Assembly: GCA_951406725.2 (NCBI GenBank)
Contig: OX597814.1
Location: 145,886,001-145,950,000, forward strand
Origin: Octopus vulgaris
Lineage: Eukaryota
Length of the DNA: 64,000 nt
Direction: 5' to 3'
A program made the position numbers and the translations under genes. This document shows, in pieces, positions 28,309 to 50,268 of this stretch (positions within the stretch are counted from its first letter, which is position 1; every line of letters starts with the position of its first letter). The notes under the pieces were generated by a model. That model saw only the letters and a list, made by a program, of their open reading frames with translations. It was not told the DNA's origin and made no database searches.

Positions 28309-30378
28309 TTCAGTAGTTTTATTTTTATAGCGTGCTTTCACTTCACTACCGAGCGCAGCTCTGTGTGACTTGGGTATGTGTTGTGATTTGTTGTGATGCT
28401 CTGATGGTTATTGTATGGAAAGTGTTCTGCGTAAAATGTGTGCAGTGCCTAGTAGTGCAATTTTCTGTATGTTACATGTGTTTGTAAGTCCTGGAGTTTT
28501 TGTTATGTATTTGTCTGAATATTTTTTTATCATGCCTAATGCACCTACTATGATAGGAATTGTTTCTGTTTTCAGATTCCACATTCTAGTTACCTCTATT
28601 TCCAGGTCTTTGTATTTTGAGAGTTTCTCCATTTCTTTTAGAGACACGTTGTCATCTGCCGGTATTGATACATCAATTAGAAAGCATTTTTTTTCTTCAT
28701 GAACTCTGACAACAATATATGGTCTATTGGCCTTAATTTCTCTATCTGTGTGTATCGGCATATCCCAGAGTATGGTTGCTTTCTCGTTTTCTGTGACCTT
28801 TTCTGGTGTGTGCCTATACCATCTTTTTTCTGTTGTTATTCCATATTGTTGGCATAGCTTCCAATGTATGTAGGTTCCAACTCTGTTATGTCTGTGAATA
28901 TATTCCTTCTTAGCCAGGACTGGGCAGCTAGAGATAATATGATTTATTGTTTCTTGTCCATCTCCACATATTCCGCAGTTACTTGTAATATTTCTTTTCA
29001 TTACATGTTTTTGGTAATTTCTGGTGGGGAGGCTTTGGTCTTGTGCTGCAATTAAAAATCCCTCTGTTTCTGCTTTGAGTCCTGAGCTTCTCAACCATTG
29101 CTGGGATTTTTCTTTGTCTATTTCTTTTGCGTTTAGTTTAGTCCAGTATTTACCATGAAGGGGCTTTTCTTGCCATCGTTTTATCATGGTTCGTTGCTGT
29201 TCTATTTTTAGTTTGGATTTCATTTGTTTTATAGCTTTTGTTGTTTCTTCATCATCTTCTTCTTCTTCTTCGTGTTTATCATGTTGTATGATTTCTTGTT
29301 TGTATTTGTCAGCTTCCTTAAATACTGAGAACAGTTTTTTTGTTTTGCTCGTGTTTTGCTGCTATCTGGATCAGTTTTCCTGCCTTCTGAAGTAGGTATT
29401 TTTGCGGTCCTATGGTGGTTATTTTATAGTAGTTCTCCAGCTGTATAAGGCCTCTACCACCTTCTATACGTTGTATATATAGTCTTTCTATGTCAGATTT
29501 TGGGTGATGCATCCTAGATCCTGTCAGTATTTTTCTTGTTTTCCTATCTATTTTGGACAGTTCTTTTCGTGTCGAGTTAAGGATATTGTAGCTGTAACTT
29601 ATAACTGGGACAGCTAAAGTGTTGATACCTATTATCTTGTTTATAGCATTGAGCTCTGTTTTTAGTATTGATCTAACTCGTCTATAATATTCTTTTTTTT
29701 ATTTTCACTTTCATTTGTGTGTGTTGTGTCTTATCTAGTTCATGGATTCCTAAGTATTTGTAAGTTTGGCTTTGGTCTAATTCTTTTATTTCATTGATTT
29801 TATCTAGTGTGATGTTGTTACTCTTAACTAGTTTTCCTCTTTCCATGGTTACTTTAGCGCATTTTTCTAATCCAAATTTCATATCTATTTCTTTGGTAAA
29901 TTCATGAACTGTCTTTAATAGTGTTTCCAGCTGTTTGTCATTTGCAGCGTATAGTTTTAGGTCATCCATATATAAAAGGTGGCTGATCGTTTTGCCGTAA
30001 CATTTATATCCGCATCCAGTTCTATTTAGCATATCAGATAGAGGTGACAGTGCCAAGCAGAAAAGGAGTGGAGAGAGCGTGTCTCCCTGGAACATTCCTC
30101 TTCTAATGGGGATGTCTTTGGTTTTCATGAGTCCCTCTTTTGTTTGGAGGTGTAGGACTGTTTGCCATTTATTCATAGAGTGCTCTATGAATTTTATGAT
30201 TGTTGGTACTACTTTGTTAATGGCTAGTGTTTCGAGGATCCATGTGTGGGGGATGCTATCAAACGCCTTTTTGTAGTCAATCCAGGCCATACTGAGGCCT
30301 TTCTTCTTTCTGTGGCTGTCTTCAGTTTATGGCTGTCTTCAGTCTGTGGCTGTCTTCAGTCTGTGGCTGTCTTCAGTC
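28309..30378 (-). mobile_element. R4/Dong-like element B1 (5'-truncated; RT, CCHC, RLE, 3'UTR)
   Basis: [27 protein letters not shown]; CGIC-X8-H-X4-C; RHNRV; RPYIVV...LIDVSIP...EKLSKY (PD-(D/E)XK-type nuclease). Frameshifted; ends in (TAA)n. Confidence 0.95.
30311..30378. repeat. Four 17-bp tandem units TGTGGCTGTCTTCAGTC at the 5' truncation of B1
   Basis: Directly visible; five units at the equivalent place in B2 (33229-33313). Confidence 0.95.
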
Positions 30379-30412
30379 TTTATTATTATTATTATTATCA
30401 TTGTTATTATTA

Positions 30413-30531
<119 letters not shown>

Positions 30532-30560
30532 GTTGTTGCTGTTGTTGTTGTTGTTATTAT

Positions 30561-33313
<2,753 letters not shown>

Positions 33314-33362
33314 TTTATTATTATTATTATTATCATTATTATTATTATCATTATTATTATCA

Positions 33363-33472
<110 letters not shown>

Positions 33473-33504
33473 ATTGTTGTTGCTGTTGTTGTTGTTGTTA
33501 TTAT

Positions 33505-33936
<432 letters not shown>

Positions 33937-33967
33937 TTCATCATCATCACCATCATCAACATCATCA

Positions 33968-38450
<4,483 letters not shown>

Positions 38451-38455
38451 TATTA

Positions 38456-38566
<111 letters not shown>

Positions 38567-38581
38567 TACTATTATTCAGGT

Positions 38582-38845
38582 GAAGGTGCATGGCTCAGTG
38601 TTTAGAGCGTCGAGCTTACGATCGCGAGGTTGTGAGTTCGAATTCCGGACCGGGCGGCGTGTTGTGTTCTTGAGCAAGACACTTTATTTCAAGTTGCTCC
38701 AGTTAACTCAGCTGTAGAAATGAGTTGTGGCGTCACAGGTGCCAAGCTGTATCACGGTGGCGTTCAGAGGAGAGGCCGGACTTGTGCTTGGGAGAGTAAC
38801 TTTCTAGGTGCAATCCCTTGGTCGGTCATGACCGAAGGGGATCTC
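38582..38845 (+). mobile_element. tRNA-derived SINE (family 2)
   Basis: A box TGGCTCAGTGTT and B box GTTCGAATTCC; homologous to 56105-56432. Confidence 0.85.
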
Positions 38846-38885
38846 AGCATTATTCATGTTACTGTCTGGAATCGATCTTGGGATC

Positions 38886-38935
38886 TTGACACCTGATGAA
38901 GGCTGGAGGGTATATCAGCCGAAACGTTGTGATAA
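38886..38935 (+). ncRNA. Minimal type I hammerhead ribozyme motif (Penelope-type)
   Basis: TTGACAC-CTGATGA-A-GGCTG(loop)CAGCC-GAAA-CGTT-GTGATAA: intact core boxes, 5-bp helix II, helix I with one mismatch. Confidence 0.7.
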
Positions 38936-39731
38936 CAACAAACAAGATGAGGACAAAATCCGTCAAATGTAAATAATGTAACTAATGTACATAATTCCTC
39001 ATCTCTTAAATATAGAACTGAAAATATTTATATATTCTTTTACATATCAAAATAAATAAATATTTAAGTTTAGTCATGTGAACCTAAAGCAAATTATTCT
39101 AGCAAACGTAGAATGCATTAAAATTGACCGATACATTTAAATCAGTTTTACATTTCCGATCTTATCAGAAAAATCGAACTCTGAATATTTCATTTCAAAA
39201 TAGTATTTCAGAAAAAAAAAACGATTATACATATTGAGTTTGAATATATGACATATACTATAAAATAATTCATATATTATATGCAATATCTAATCAAAGT
39301 AACAGCCTCGTAAAATTAGTCCAACATCGATAATTGAACAACAATTGTAAAAATCAAACTCAGAATGACATACCAACACATGTACATCACCAACACTATA
39401 CTAGCTTCAGTCGCATTTTTTTCTGCCCACAGTTCTTTTTACGACGGCAGATGTCATATATAATTTCTAGTGACTGAAATGATATGCGTTAACAAATAAA
39501 ACTAGAAAGAAATGAGAGGACACTACATTTACTATTCGATTGACTAGCATATCACATTAATATCAAAAAGTCTGCATATTATTTATCGTTACTGATTGAG
39601 TCGAACGAAACGAAAACGAAAGAGAACATATGAACATAATACAAAAGAAACACGTAAGAAAAATATAAAAAGAAAATCATTTCAATCATCCATATGTACA
39701 TAAATACAAATATAGTGCATGTATATACGTA

Positions 39732-39813
<82 letters not shown>

Positions 39814-39975
39814 TGTATATATGTATATATACACGTATATATGACATACGTATATCTATATAACTTTTATATACATACATGCATATATTATACATATATA
39901 CATACATATACATATATATAATATACATACATATATGTATATATATATATATATATACATACACATACACATACA

Positions 39976-40056
<81 letters not shown>

Positions 40057-41901
40057 GTGTGTGTGAAGAATGTTTGCATGAGAGTGACGGGAGAGACAGC
40101 AGCGGCTTTCCATGCGTGAATGTGGAAGATTTTATATGTCACCGACGTAGCTTGTAAAAAGAGAATAAGGAACAGCAGGCATAGATCGTTCGGCTTTCCA
40201 AGTATTCTTGCATGTTATGGCAAGCAGATATGACTGGTTAGAACTCTAGTGCTGTGTGGACGTTTGTTTGTAGTTGTGTTGTTTGAAAAATTGTGTGCGT
40301 TTTAATAGAAATGAAGGTAAATGGTTCGTAGATGTTTGAGGTGTGAAATGGTAGCAGTGGAGTTTAGAAGAGAAAGTGTAGTCTCTTATACTATCAACAG
40401 CTGCAAAGATCCAGTTTAGAAGTGTACAGAAAAACTATATGAGACAGACAGCATACCTATACTCCTTCCATTTATCCGGGTGAAATATATAAAATCACTG
40501 AAGGATTTTATCCGAACTTTCAACAGTGGCAGGAAGTGGGATAGAAGTCTTTTAAGGATCCTAACGATGAACCAGGAAACGTTTAGCAATTTTCGTCATG
40601 CTAGAAAAACTTGAGTGTTATTTTTAGTGTTATATCTAGGTTCATAAGTCTTGGTAGAAATGGTAGCATGATAAAAGAGTAAACACTTGCTAAGACGTGA
40701 GGTGGTGTTCTTTGAGTTTACAAAGGTATTTTCTGAAGTGGCATAATTTAATCCACCTACTTACCTATGTACCCCCGTTTTAAGTGAACCAGGATTTGAA
40801 AGATGGCACAGAGCGCTGCTCCAAAAACGGAGAGATCAGTGGCCGGAATCATGTTTCTCACAATACATTTGATAGCCATGGTTCACTGAATGCATTTCGT
40901 GTAACAGTTTTCTTACTTTTCTTTCTTTTAGATTTGCCTTGAAGAGTTAAAAAACTAGGTTTGGAGACGTCTTACATTACAAAGTGATTTTGAGAACAAT
41001 AAGAAACGGTTCAAAGTTCAAGCTCGAAATGACATTTTCGTTTTAAAAAGATATGAGGTGATATCGTGGTGTCTTTTTATCTTCCGCTGAGTCGACTGAA
41101 GCAAACACTTCAGTCGGTAAATATTTCAGAAATATAACTACGTTCGAATTCTTCAAAGATATTTGGTGAATATTCAGTGATTTTTTTCCCGTGTACGAGT
41201 AAGTTAAGAAATCTAAGAAATGTTTAGGGGTTGGAGATATGAGACACGGTCAAGCACGAGAATTTCTCTGATTTTAGACGCGATAAATTACTGTTATATT
41301 AACGTTCTTTATAGTGAGATAGCATTAACAGAGAAAAAGCAAAACAGGATATTGCCGCAGAAAACACCCTCATCTAATTATATGTTTATATAGCTACTTG
41401 TCAATATGTACATGTTTCAATGTGTGCTTGTGTCTGTGTGCGCGCGCACGCATGAGATTGATGCTGCATGTGTATTCGGATGTTATAAATATTACGAAAT
41501 AATTCATGATTATAGATTGAAAGAGAGAAATACATCATTCGCAAAACACAGCAATGGCGGTTGATACGTATTCGTAGGGAAACAATGATATCATTAGCTG
41601 GCGGCGTATGTTTTGTTTTCTCAAATGTTTCGTTGTTCAATATAAATCTATTGGCATTTACTTTTCACAGAAATATATTTCAACAAATATAATATTGACA
41701 TTAGTAATATCCAGTTCCCCATATTGACAAAATGATAAAATCATGAAAATAATAATGACTGATTCATAAATAAATGTGTTTCTGAAGATATTGTGTACAA
41801 TTACAATTTCCTTAGGTTTTCATTTCGACGAAGCAGAAATACCACCATGCAGATTCATACATACATACATACATACATACATACATACATACATACATAC
41901 A

Positions 41902-41932
<31 letters not shown>

Positions 41933-42007
41933 GTATATATATATATATATATATGTATGTATATATATATATATATATACACATGTATATATAAATATAT
42001 ATATATT

Positions 42008-42055
<48 letters not shown>

Positions 42056-42319
42056 AAGAGAGAGAAGTGTTCTATGTATATACACATATTTACACATATA
42101 CACACATAATACACATACACACCTATACACACATACGCACACCCACACACACATATGATGTGTAGTAGACTTGAATGTATGTGTATGTGTGTGTGTATAT
42201 ATATAAAGTTTACATATACATACATGTTTACTTGCACTCATTCATAGCTACATGTATACATACATGTATACAAATAAAGGAATATATATATAATAGCTAT
42301 CTATCTATCTATCTATCTA

Positions 42320-42357
<38 letters not shown>

Positions 42358-42744
42358 CAGATATACATAAATATAGATATATCGACTCTAACATATAGAT
42401 ATGATTGTTTGTGTATTTAAGCACATGAACGCTAATGTTTTCAGAAGTTTAAGCGGATAAATATGTTAACAGATATATACGATTATCATAACCTATAGTC
42501 GCATTATATAAAATGAAAAGGAATCAAAATCTACAAATTATGTAAAGAAGTTAAGATAAGCATAACAGGATAAAGGATAAACAATCAACTATGTAGAATT
42601 TGTTTTTCTTTTTTATCTGTAACGTCAGTATTAATCCGAAAAGATGCTTATGTACATCAGTGATAAAATACGGAAGCCCGCTGCCTACTTTTCATTTGAT
42701 ATAAGAATTTTTGAACTTGTTTACATATATATATATATATATAT

Positions 42745-43500
42745 TTAATGATGTATGTAAACATGTGTATATGTAAGAATGTCTGTGTACATGACTGTAT
42801 GCTTACATGAATGTATGTATGCATGTATATATGAATGTTTGTATATATTATAGTGTATGTACAGAGAATTGAACATATAAATGTATGTAAGAATCTATGT
42901 AAGTATACATATTTATATGGATTTATTGATGTATGCAAGCATATATATATGTAAGTATGTCTGTGTGCATGAATGTATGTATCCATGATTGTTTGCATCC
43001 ACGAATATATATATTATGTATATATATATATATATATGGATTATATACCAATATATCTACATATATTGTATGTATATATAAATGCATATATAACTATATG
43101 TACGAATGTATGTAGATAAGCATGCATATTTATTGATGTATATAAACATGTATATATGTACGAATGGCTGTATCCATGAATATCCGTATGCTTGAATGTA
43201 CATATATTTGAATATATGTAAGCATATATGTATGAATGTAAGTATATATATTATGTGTATAAATAAATGCATATAAAAGTGTTTGCAAGAATCTATATTA
43301 GTATGTATAGTTGTATATATTTATGGATGTATGTAAGCATGTATATGTGTGCGAATGTCTGTATGCATGTATGTATATATTTATATTGTATGTATATATA
43401 AATACATGTATAAATGAATGTACGAATCTTTGTAGGTATGTATGTATATTTGTATGTATATACATATATTCGTGTGTATGCATGGAAGTATGCATAAGTG
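42745..43500. repeat. Degenerate AT-rich tandem repeat, ~180-210 bp period
   Basis: A GATGTATGTAA-CATGT-TATGT--GAATGTCTGT motif recurs near 42749, 42928, 43135 and 43326. Confidence 0.6.
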
Positions 43501-44365
43501 TCACTATGTAAATACGTGTGTGCATGTACGTGTGTGTGTCTTTGCATGTGTGCGTTATTATGTAGACGTTTGTTTGTGCGTAAAGATTTATTTATGTGGG
43601 ATTTACTGCCATGATTGTTATTTCTCTTGTCTTAAGTCTATCTAAAATGATGTGAAACACTGTTGCATTAAATATCTAAGTGCATCTAAATCCGCTTAGA
43701 TAGTGATTAAAAGAATAAATAGCGTTTTTACTTTCTTTTGAAAGAGATTGTCGTGCTCTACGCAGAATTGTATGTAATTGAAAGAAAATCAAAAATTTAT
43801 TTGCGTTTATTAAAAACAGTTTAACGTACAAAGTGTATATATTATGAAAAATTATGAACTTATTACGATAAATAGACAAATACATGAATATGTGCGAGAC
43901 TGTATGTATATATGTATGTATGTACGTATGTATGTATGTATTCATGTATACATACATGTATCTATCCCCTCTCTCTGTCTCTCTAGATCTACGATTGCGT
44001 CGGATGTGGCGTTTTAAACCAATGTTTTAAAAAGACACCCATATAGATTGCATATCTGGTTTGGACAAGAGTTGCAGTGAATTTCTGGTCTTTGGAGAAT
44101 TTAGAATATCTTTTGAGGCCTCTATTAGATTTGCAGACCTTATATCATACACAGCATTAGCAGGCATTGACAGTTCGTTCTTCACGGTGAACTTTAAACC
44201 TAGGAAAAGAAAGGCGGAGTCTGTCTCAAATTGTACATGCAAAAAGGCTACTGGGATTCGTTTTTCTCCTCGATCGTAGCATTTTCTTTAAATTTCTTTT
44301 GATTTTCGCATGGGTCATCCTGGTTTCTATATATGTATAAATCACCTCTCACATCTATCTATCTA

Positions 44366-44452
<87 letters not shown>

Positions 44453-44874
44453 GATATTCAGTTCAGTCAGGTATCTATTCGTGTTGTCGCTATTGTAGCT
44501 ATGAATGGACTACACTTCCAAGAATCGCATGAAGCCCATTTGGGGTCATAGCTTGTAAACTATTGTGATTCATTTCTAATTCATTTATTTCTTTATCAAC
44601 TACTAAATCTAAGACTTGAGGACTGTGTCTTCTTTGAATAAAGAGCAAAAGTGAGTTGACAGCTTATGGTTACGTATAAGTATACCTTTCCTTCAGGGAT
44701 ATTAGGAGTAGCTATTGAATATAGAGTAACTGTCCAACTGGTCAAAATTCCATTTACTTATTTGTGCAGCTGGTGATGGCACTACATTTCAATTGATGCA
44801 ATGATTGCATTGTTCCATTAAATGGCACCGCTTGAAACGGTCGTATTGCGTCACAACTTGAAATCCTGTTGCTG

Positions 44875-44936
<62 letters not shown>

Positions 44937-44977
44937 CGAGTGAAATCCACAACACCATCTCTCTGGCAAATAGCCAG

Positions 44978-45008
<31 letters not shown>

Positions 45009-45171
45009 TGTATGTATGTATGTATGTATGTATGAATGTTCAATTTACAAGGAAAGATCCAGAGGACCAGTTACAAGATAGCCAGATGTCACACAAGCGT
45101 CCTAAGAATTAGCAATCACACTTGCGTGTGAGTTAATTCCGGGAAGAAGTGAGACATGTTTTGGAGAACAC

Positions 45172-45459
45172 AAGAATAATGGAAAATGGAGACAAACGCC
45201 CAATCATTTATGTCACCATATCACCGACATATGTTTCGATAGATGCATTAAAATAATTCCGAGAGGGAGAATAATGTGGAAAAATGCACCAATTTCATCA
45301 GGGAGGATATAAGCAACAGTGATCATCAATAAGTAATTTTAGTAGATGTTAAATCCTCTCGGATTTATTTTAATGCATCTATCGAAACATGTGTCGGTGA
45401 TATGGTGATGTAAATGATGTAAATAACATCTCGGGAGTTTGTCTCCATTTTCCATTATT

Positions 45460-45462
<3 letters not shown>
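45172..45462. repeat. Fold-back element with ~95-108 bp inverted arms
   Basis: 45172-45266 is the reverse complement of 45355-45462, with one indel block and a few mismatches. Confidence 0.9.
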
Positions 45463-45520
<58 letters not shown>

Positions 45521-45535
45521 GCGTATATGTATATG

Positions 45536-45592
<57 letters not shown>

Positions 45593-46324
45593 TATAACTA
45601 TATATATATACGTAGGTATATAAGCATATCTGACAGCGGCTGGATTAACGTTTAGTCTGTTCAACTCACTGAGTAATCCGCTTCGTTCACGTTATTCCCA
45701 TCTGCTTTAATTTAAAAATTTCCTTCTGGTAAATAATTTACAATAAAATATCTATTCAATTAACTTGATAAAAAAGACTAAAATCATGCGGAAAAATATG
45801 ACGTGTGCTTAATCCAATATGTTGTGTGCATAAGCTCGGCTAATTTATCAAGTTGTTGAATTTCTGTGATTGCTGTTTACGTATGAGGGCTGGTGTACAG
45901 AATAAATTATTACTAAGGAAGGGTTTTCAATGAGTAAATGTGCACATACTTTACAATGTTCGGGGTGGCATTCATATGGAAATGATATGCATCCCACTAC
46001 ACGGAAGAGGAGACAACTGTTTTATACTAATTTAAGATACGGTTGTGCAGTAAAGCATACTGAAGGTATAGTGACTGAAATCTCAGGATTTTGAAACTTA
46101 CTTTAGGCTCCATAAGATCAGGCTCCATAAGGGAGTAATTTATCTTACAGCGATAGATAAGCGTGTTGACGCAAACGTACAGTTGTGCAAAGTAGCTCAG
46201 TTTTGTGTTAGAGTTAGGATCAGGGTTACGGTTTGAAAATCAGACATTGAAAGACTATTAAAGCTGTGTTAAAGATGTGTGTAAACACGCTAAAAACCAT
46301 AAAGAAAAAACTGTAATATCGAGT

Positions 46325-46510
46325 TCAAAGTTTGGCATAAGGCCAGCATTTTCAAGGGATGGAGTAATTCGTTTAAATCGATGCTTGTTATTTTATCGAC
46401 TCCGAAAGGATGAAAGGCGATACCCACCTCAGCGGAAATTGAACTCAAAACATAAAGACGGACGAAATGCCGCTAAGGATTCTGCCCGGCGTGCTACTGA
46501 TTCTACTGAT
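46325..46510 (-). mobile_element. SINE-like repeat (family 4)
   Basis: B-box-like GAGTTCAATTTCC on the minus strand; homologous to 59385-59590. Confidence 0.7.
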
Positions 46511-47578
46511 TTGATCTTATGTAGCGGGTTGCCGCTACAGAAGATCAAACTAGGTACCTCGCAAATTCCGGCTGAATGCTTGTTATGTAGCTCTGACTAT
46601 GAAAACCTCTAATACGAGCAATTGTGCTTTGCGTGTGTATATGTGAACATGTGTGTGTGTGTGTGTGTGTGTGTTTGCTGAATACATACATGTTTTCTGT
46701 AATTCTATATAGTTTCAAGATATAACCCTTGTGTGATTGTTGCTTATCCGCTGAATTGTCAAACTTATTGCAAAATCCCCTTATTTTCTCAGCCCCATTT
46801 TTTCAAAGCATTATGAGCTGTTTGTTTCTACTACGCTCTGCAGTCTCTAAGCTGGGGTAGCATGAACAAGTATATTTTTAACATGGATGTATTTCTGACC
46901 ATCTAAAGGTAGTTGCAATCATTTCATGAATGTAAAGAAATGGCGTACAACACCGTAACTAGAAATAAACGTATCGTGAAGATAACAGGTCGGAATTTCA
47001 TTGACACACTCTGCACAATAACTGTCTTAGAGAAATATCTTGCCGGAAAGAAATGAGAAAACAGATAGAGAATGGGTTAAGATTTAACAGTTATATACAA
47101 TCTTTTCCTCTTATTCCCAACATAATTGTAGCTTTAAAGAAGAAAATATCTTTTGCCACTCTAAAATTTCCCTTCGTAAATATTTTACTTTTGTTAAAAT
47201 ATTCTTTTATTTTAATAACTAATTTCTTTGAGACGCGATGCACAATATATTCATGAACGAATGTACTACCGTTCATAAAAAAAACTAAAAAAAAGAAAAG
47301 AAAAATAAAAACAAAAAAAACCCAACATTTCCATATATGATCTGTATCTTACAATCTACTGAATTTGAAATTCAGATTACGGATAACTGTACGTATGATT
47401 AAAGCATCTGATAATTATAATGAATAACTATTTTAAAACCCATTTCAGAAAGCTATACATTTAAACTCACATACGGCCACTAACATACAAATATACACAT
47501 ATACGAAAATTGAGGAACGCATACATATGAAGGCTATATAAACACAATTATATATCCATGTATGCGTGAGTGTGTGTG

Positions 47579-47630
<52 letters not shown>

Positions 47631-49446
47631 TTATATATATATGTGTGTGTGTGTGTATGTGTGTATGTGTGTTAGAGAGTGAGAGTGTGTGTGTGCAAAG
47701 GCGACAAGTCAGATGGTAATTAAAAATGTATTAAAAATGATTCAACTATTCACCAGTAGTTAGCGACGTCAGATCGCCGAAAACAAATCCTAATGAAACT
47801 TTGAAATCATTGCCACAAACTTCACACACGCACTCGCACCACAAACACGCTTGCGAGTGCGCGTGGACGCGTTCGTGCTACACACACACATGCGCGCACA
47901 CCCACGTAAATGTATGCATATATTTTTATATATAATTATATACATGCATATATATATGTGTGTGTGTGTGTGTAAAAGTGTTTGTGCGTGTCAGTGTGAT
48001 CATTTATAAATGCATGCCTATACAATGATTTTTTGAATATAGCTTTAGGTATGTCAAAATGTGACCGCGTGTGTACCGTTGGCGATTTTTTCCTCCGTCT
48101 TCCCTTCTCTGGATCTTTCCTTTTCCTATGTTTCTGACGCAGAGCTCCGCTCGAAATGTAAATCACTCTTTCTTCCCTTACTTCCTGAGCGTCCAATAAT
48201 ACTATATTTGTTCCACGTCCTCGTGTTGTGTTTTCATGTTTGGATTAACTATATATATATATATGGCGGTGCCCCAGCATGTCTAAATGGCGGTGCCCCA
48301 CCATGGCCAAAGCTCATTAGCTGAAATTGGAAAAATAAAAAAAAATAAAAATAAAAATCAAATATATATATATATATATGTATCATATTGACTGTCTGCA
48401 TTCTTCATATTGTCTCATCTGCCTCGTGGTTAGAGGAGCGTAATACAAGAAATATGGGTTTCAATAGGAAGTTACATCTAGATTTGTAAATTTGTCCTGA
48501 GAATCGTATGGAGCTGAAGTAGAACAAAGAGCTGATAGGGAATGGTATCATATGCAGATATCAATGAATTTTTCTATAGAATCACAAATACAATATTCCT
48601 GTCATTGACGGCAATTTATTTGTGATCTAAACCTCATTGCTTTTCTTTGATAACACCATTTTTATGTACCACCTGAGCATCTAAGAAATTGTTTTATTTG
48701 CTCAAAGTAGAAGGCAAAAGCCTCTAATATCACATGCAGATACTTTGGGGGAAATATGGACAATTTGGATATTGCTATGGTAGATGAAAAAGGCATGAAA
48801 CAAAACGAAACCAAGATGTTTTTTAAACTGATATATTTGACAATTATGTCCGCCATTCTATAAATAATGTTGTCATTATCCAATTAATAAAAACTTATTG
48901 TTTGAAATAAATGTCAGCTTGTCCGAAGCAAATACGAGATGAACGCTACATGAATAACTCGGATGATAAAGGTGCTTTCCAGAAGTTTTAAGAATTTTTC
49001 AGGAGATGGTGCTATAGCTGTTACTATACATCGAATAAGCTGGCGTTCCAAATTTTGTTATTCCAAATTGAAGGACACCGCTGTAACAGCATGAGACCCC
49101 CTGCATGAGACCAATTCACAGTTCCACAAATCTGTTCTGTTAACATTTTGCAAACGTTCATCTTCAGAAGAAAGCAAAGTTCAGTTATGTCGGATCCGTT
49201 AATCCATTCAAACTCCCCACCGTTTATATAACAGCAGCAGTCATTCTCTAATGCACGTGTGGACCTGAATGTGTAGGTACCGCAATAATTTCCTGGTGCA
49301 CAAACGGTGTACAATGTTCTGTGAGTTTCGGATGGGCTTTTGCGCCTGAAATATAACTAGATTTTAAAACTTACCACATTGTCATATATTTTCTGTCTTT
49401 TTACATTCTTCGATATTACACTGCTTCAAGTGAACTACAACGCTCT

Positions 49447-49488
<42 letters not shown>

Positions 49489-49607
49489 AAATAGTAAAAA
49501 GTGAAAAAACTACAGAAGGCTTGTTTTAAAAGGTTAAAAAATATATATTTGAGTCAATATGTCTGAAGAATGTTATAAATTTTTTTCCTACAATGACATA
49601 GTTTTTG

Positions 49608-49647
49608 AAGAAATGACCGGTTTCGCTTTCAGCTTTTCAAATTTCTT
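49608..49647 (-). ncRNA. Degenerate minimal hammerhead in the 3' region of the Penelope-like element
   Basis: AAGAAAT-TTGAAAA-GCT(GAA)AGC-GAAA-CCGGTC-ATTTCTT: perfect 7-bp helix I and a GUC site, but the CUGANGA box has two substitutions. Confidence 0.6.
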
Positions 49648-49733
49648 ACATCGTTATGTTTATGTTGAGGAGAGTTCCAGATAAGGGGGGGGGGGTAATA
49701 AGTGATTTCTTCCGTGGTAAGGGAGATAATCGC

Positions 49734-50185
49734 TTAAAATTTCTTGCCTTTCTTTTGGAGTGAATTTCTCTGTGTAAGTATGTTGGAATGGTTAAGTTTG
49801 GGCTTGTATTTTTCAATGAAGAATGTTTTCTTGGTTAGTCTAATTTGTGTTGGTGTTCCGAGTGCACATTGGTAAAATGGAAAGATTAAAAATTGTGGTA
49901 GTAGTTGCTTTGCGCATTTCTCAATGTGCTCACTAAAGGGTATCATTCTGTATTCCGGGAATGCAATCTGTTGTCGATGCAGTGTGCATCTACGTCTGAG
50001 TGATAGTCCCGTGGACCCCACGTAGTCTTGGTGGCAGCCCGAGCATTTTATGACATAAATTATGTTTTCAGAGGCACAAGTAAAATTAGATTTGATCTTG
50101 AATTTCTGTCCCTCTTTGAAGAGGAATTCTGATCCTTCTAGCAGGTTTGGACATGTTGCACAGTTCGGTCTACCACATCTTTTTA

Positions 50186-50186
<1 letters not shown>
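49734..50186 (-). mobile_element. Penelope-like (Neptune-type) GIY-YIG endonuclease, 5'-truncated
   Basis: Open frame: VKRCGRPNCATC...FTCASENIIYVIKCSGCHQDYVGSTG.SLRRR..LH...SEHIEKC...FFIEKYKPKLN. Confidence 0.88.

Positions 50187-50268
<82 letters not shown>

Noticed and set aside
40803-40889. 28-aa small ORF MAQSAAPKTERSVAGIMFLTIHLIAMVH with a good Kozak context
   Set aside because: Length expected by chance; no independent support.
44027-44242. FLFLGLKF resembling a Penelope N-terminal motif
   Set aside because: A single short motif is too little for a call.
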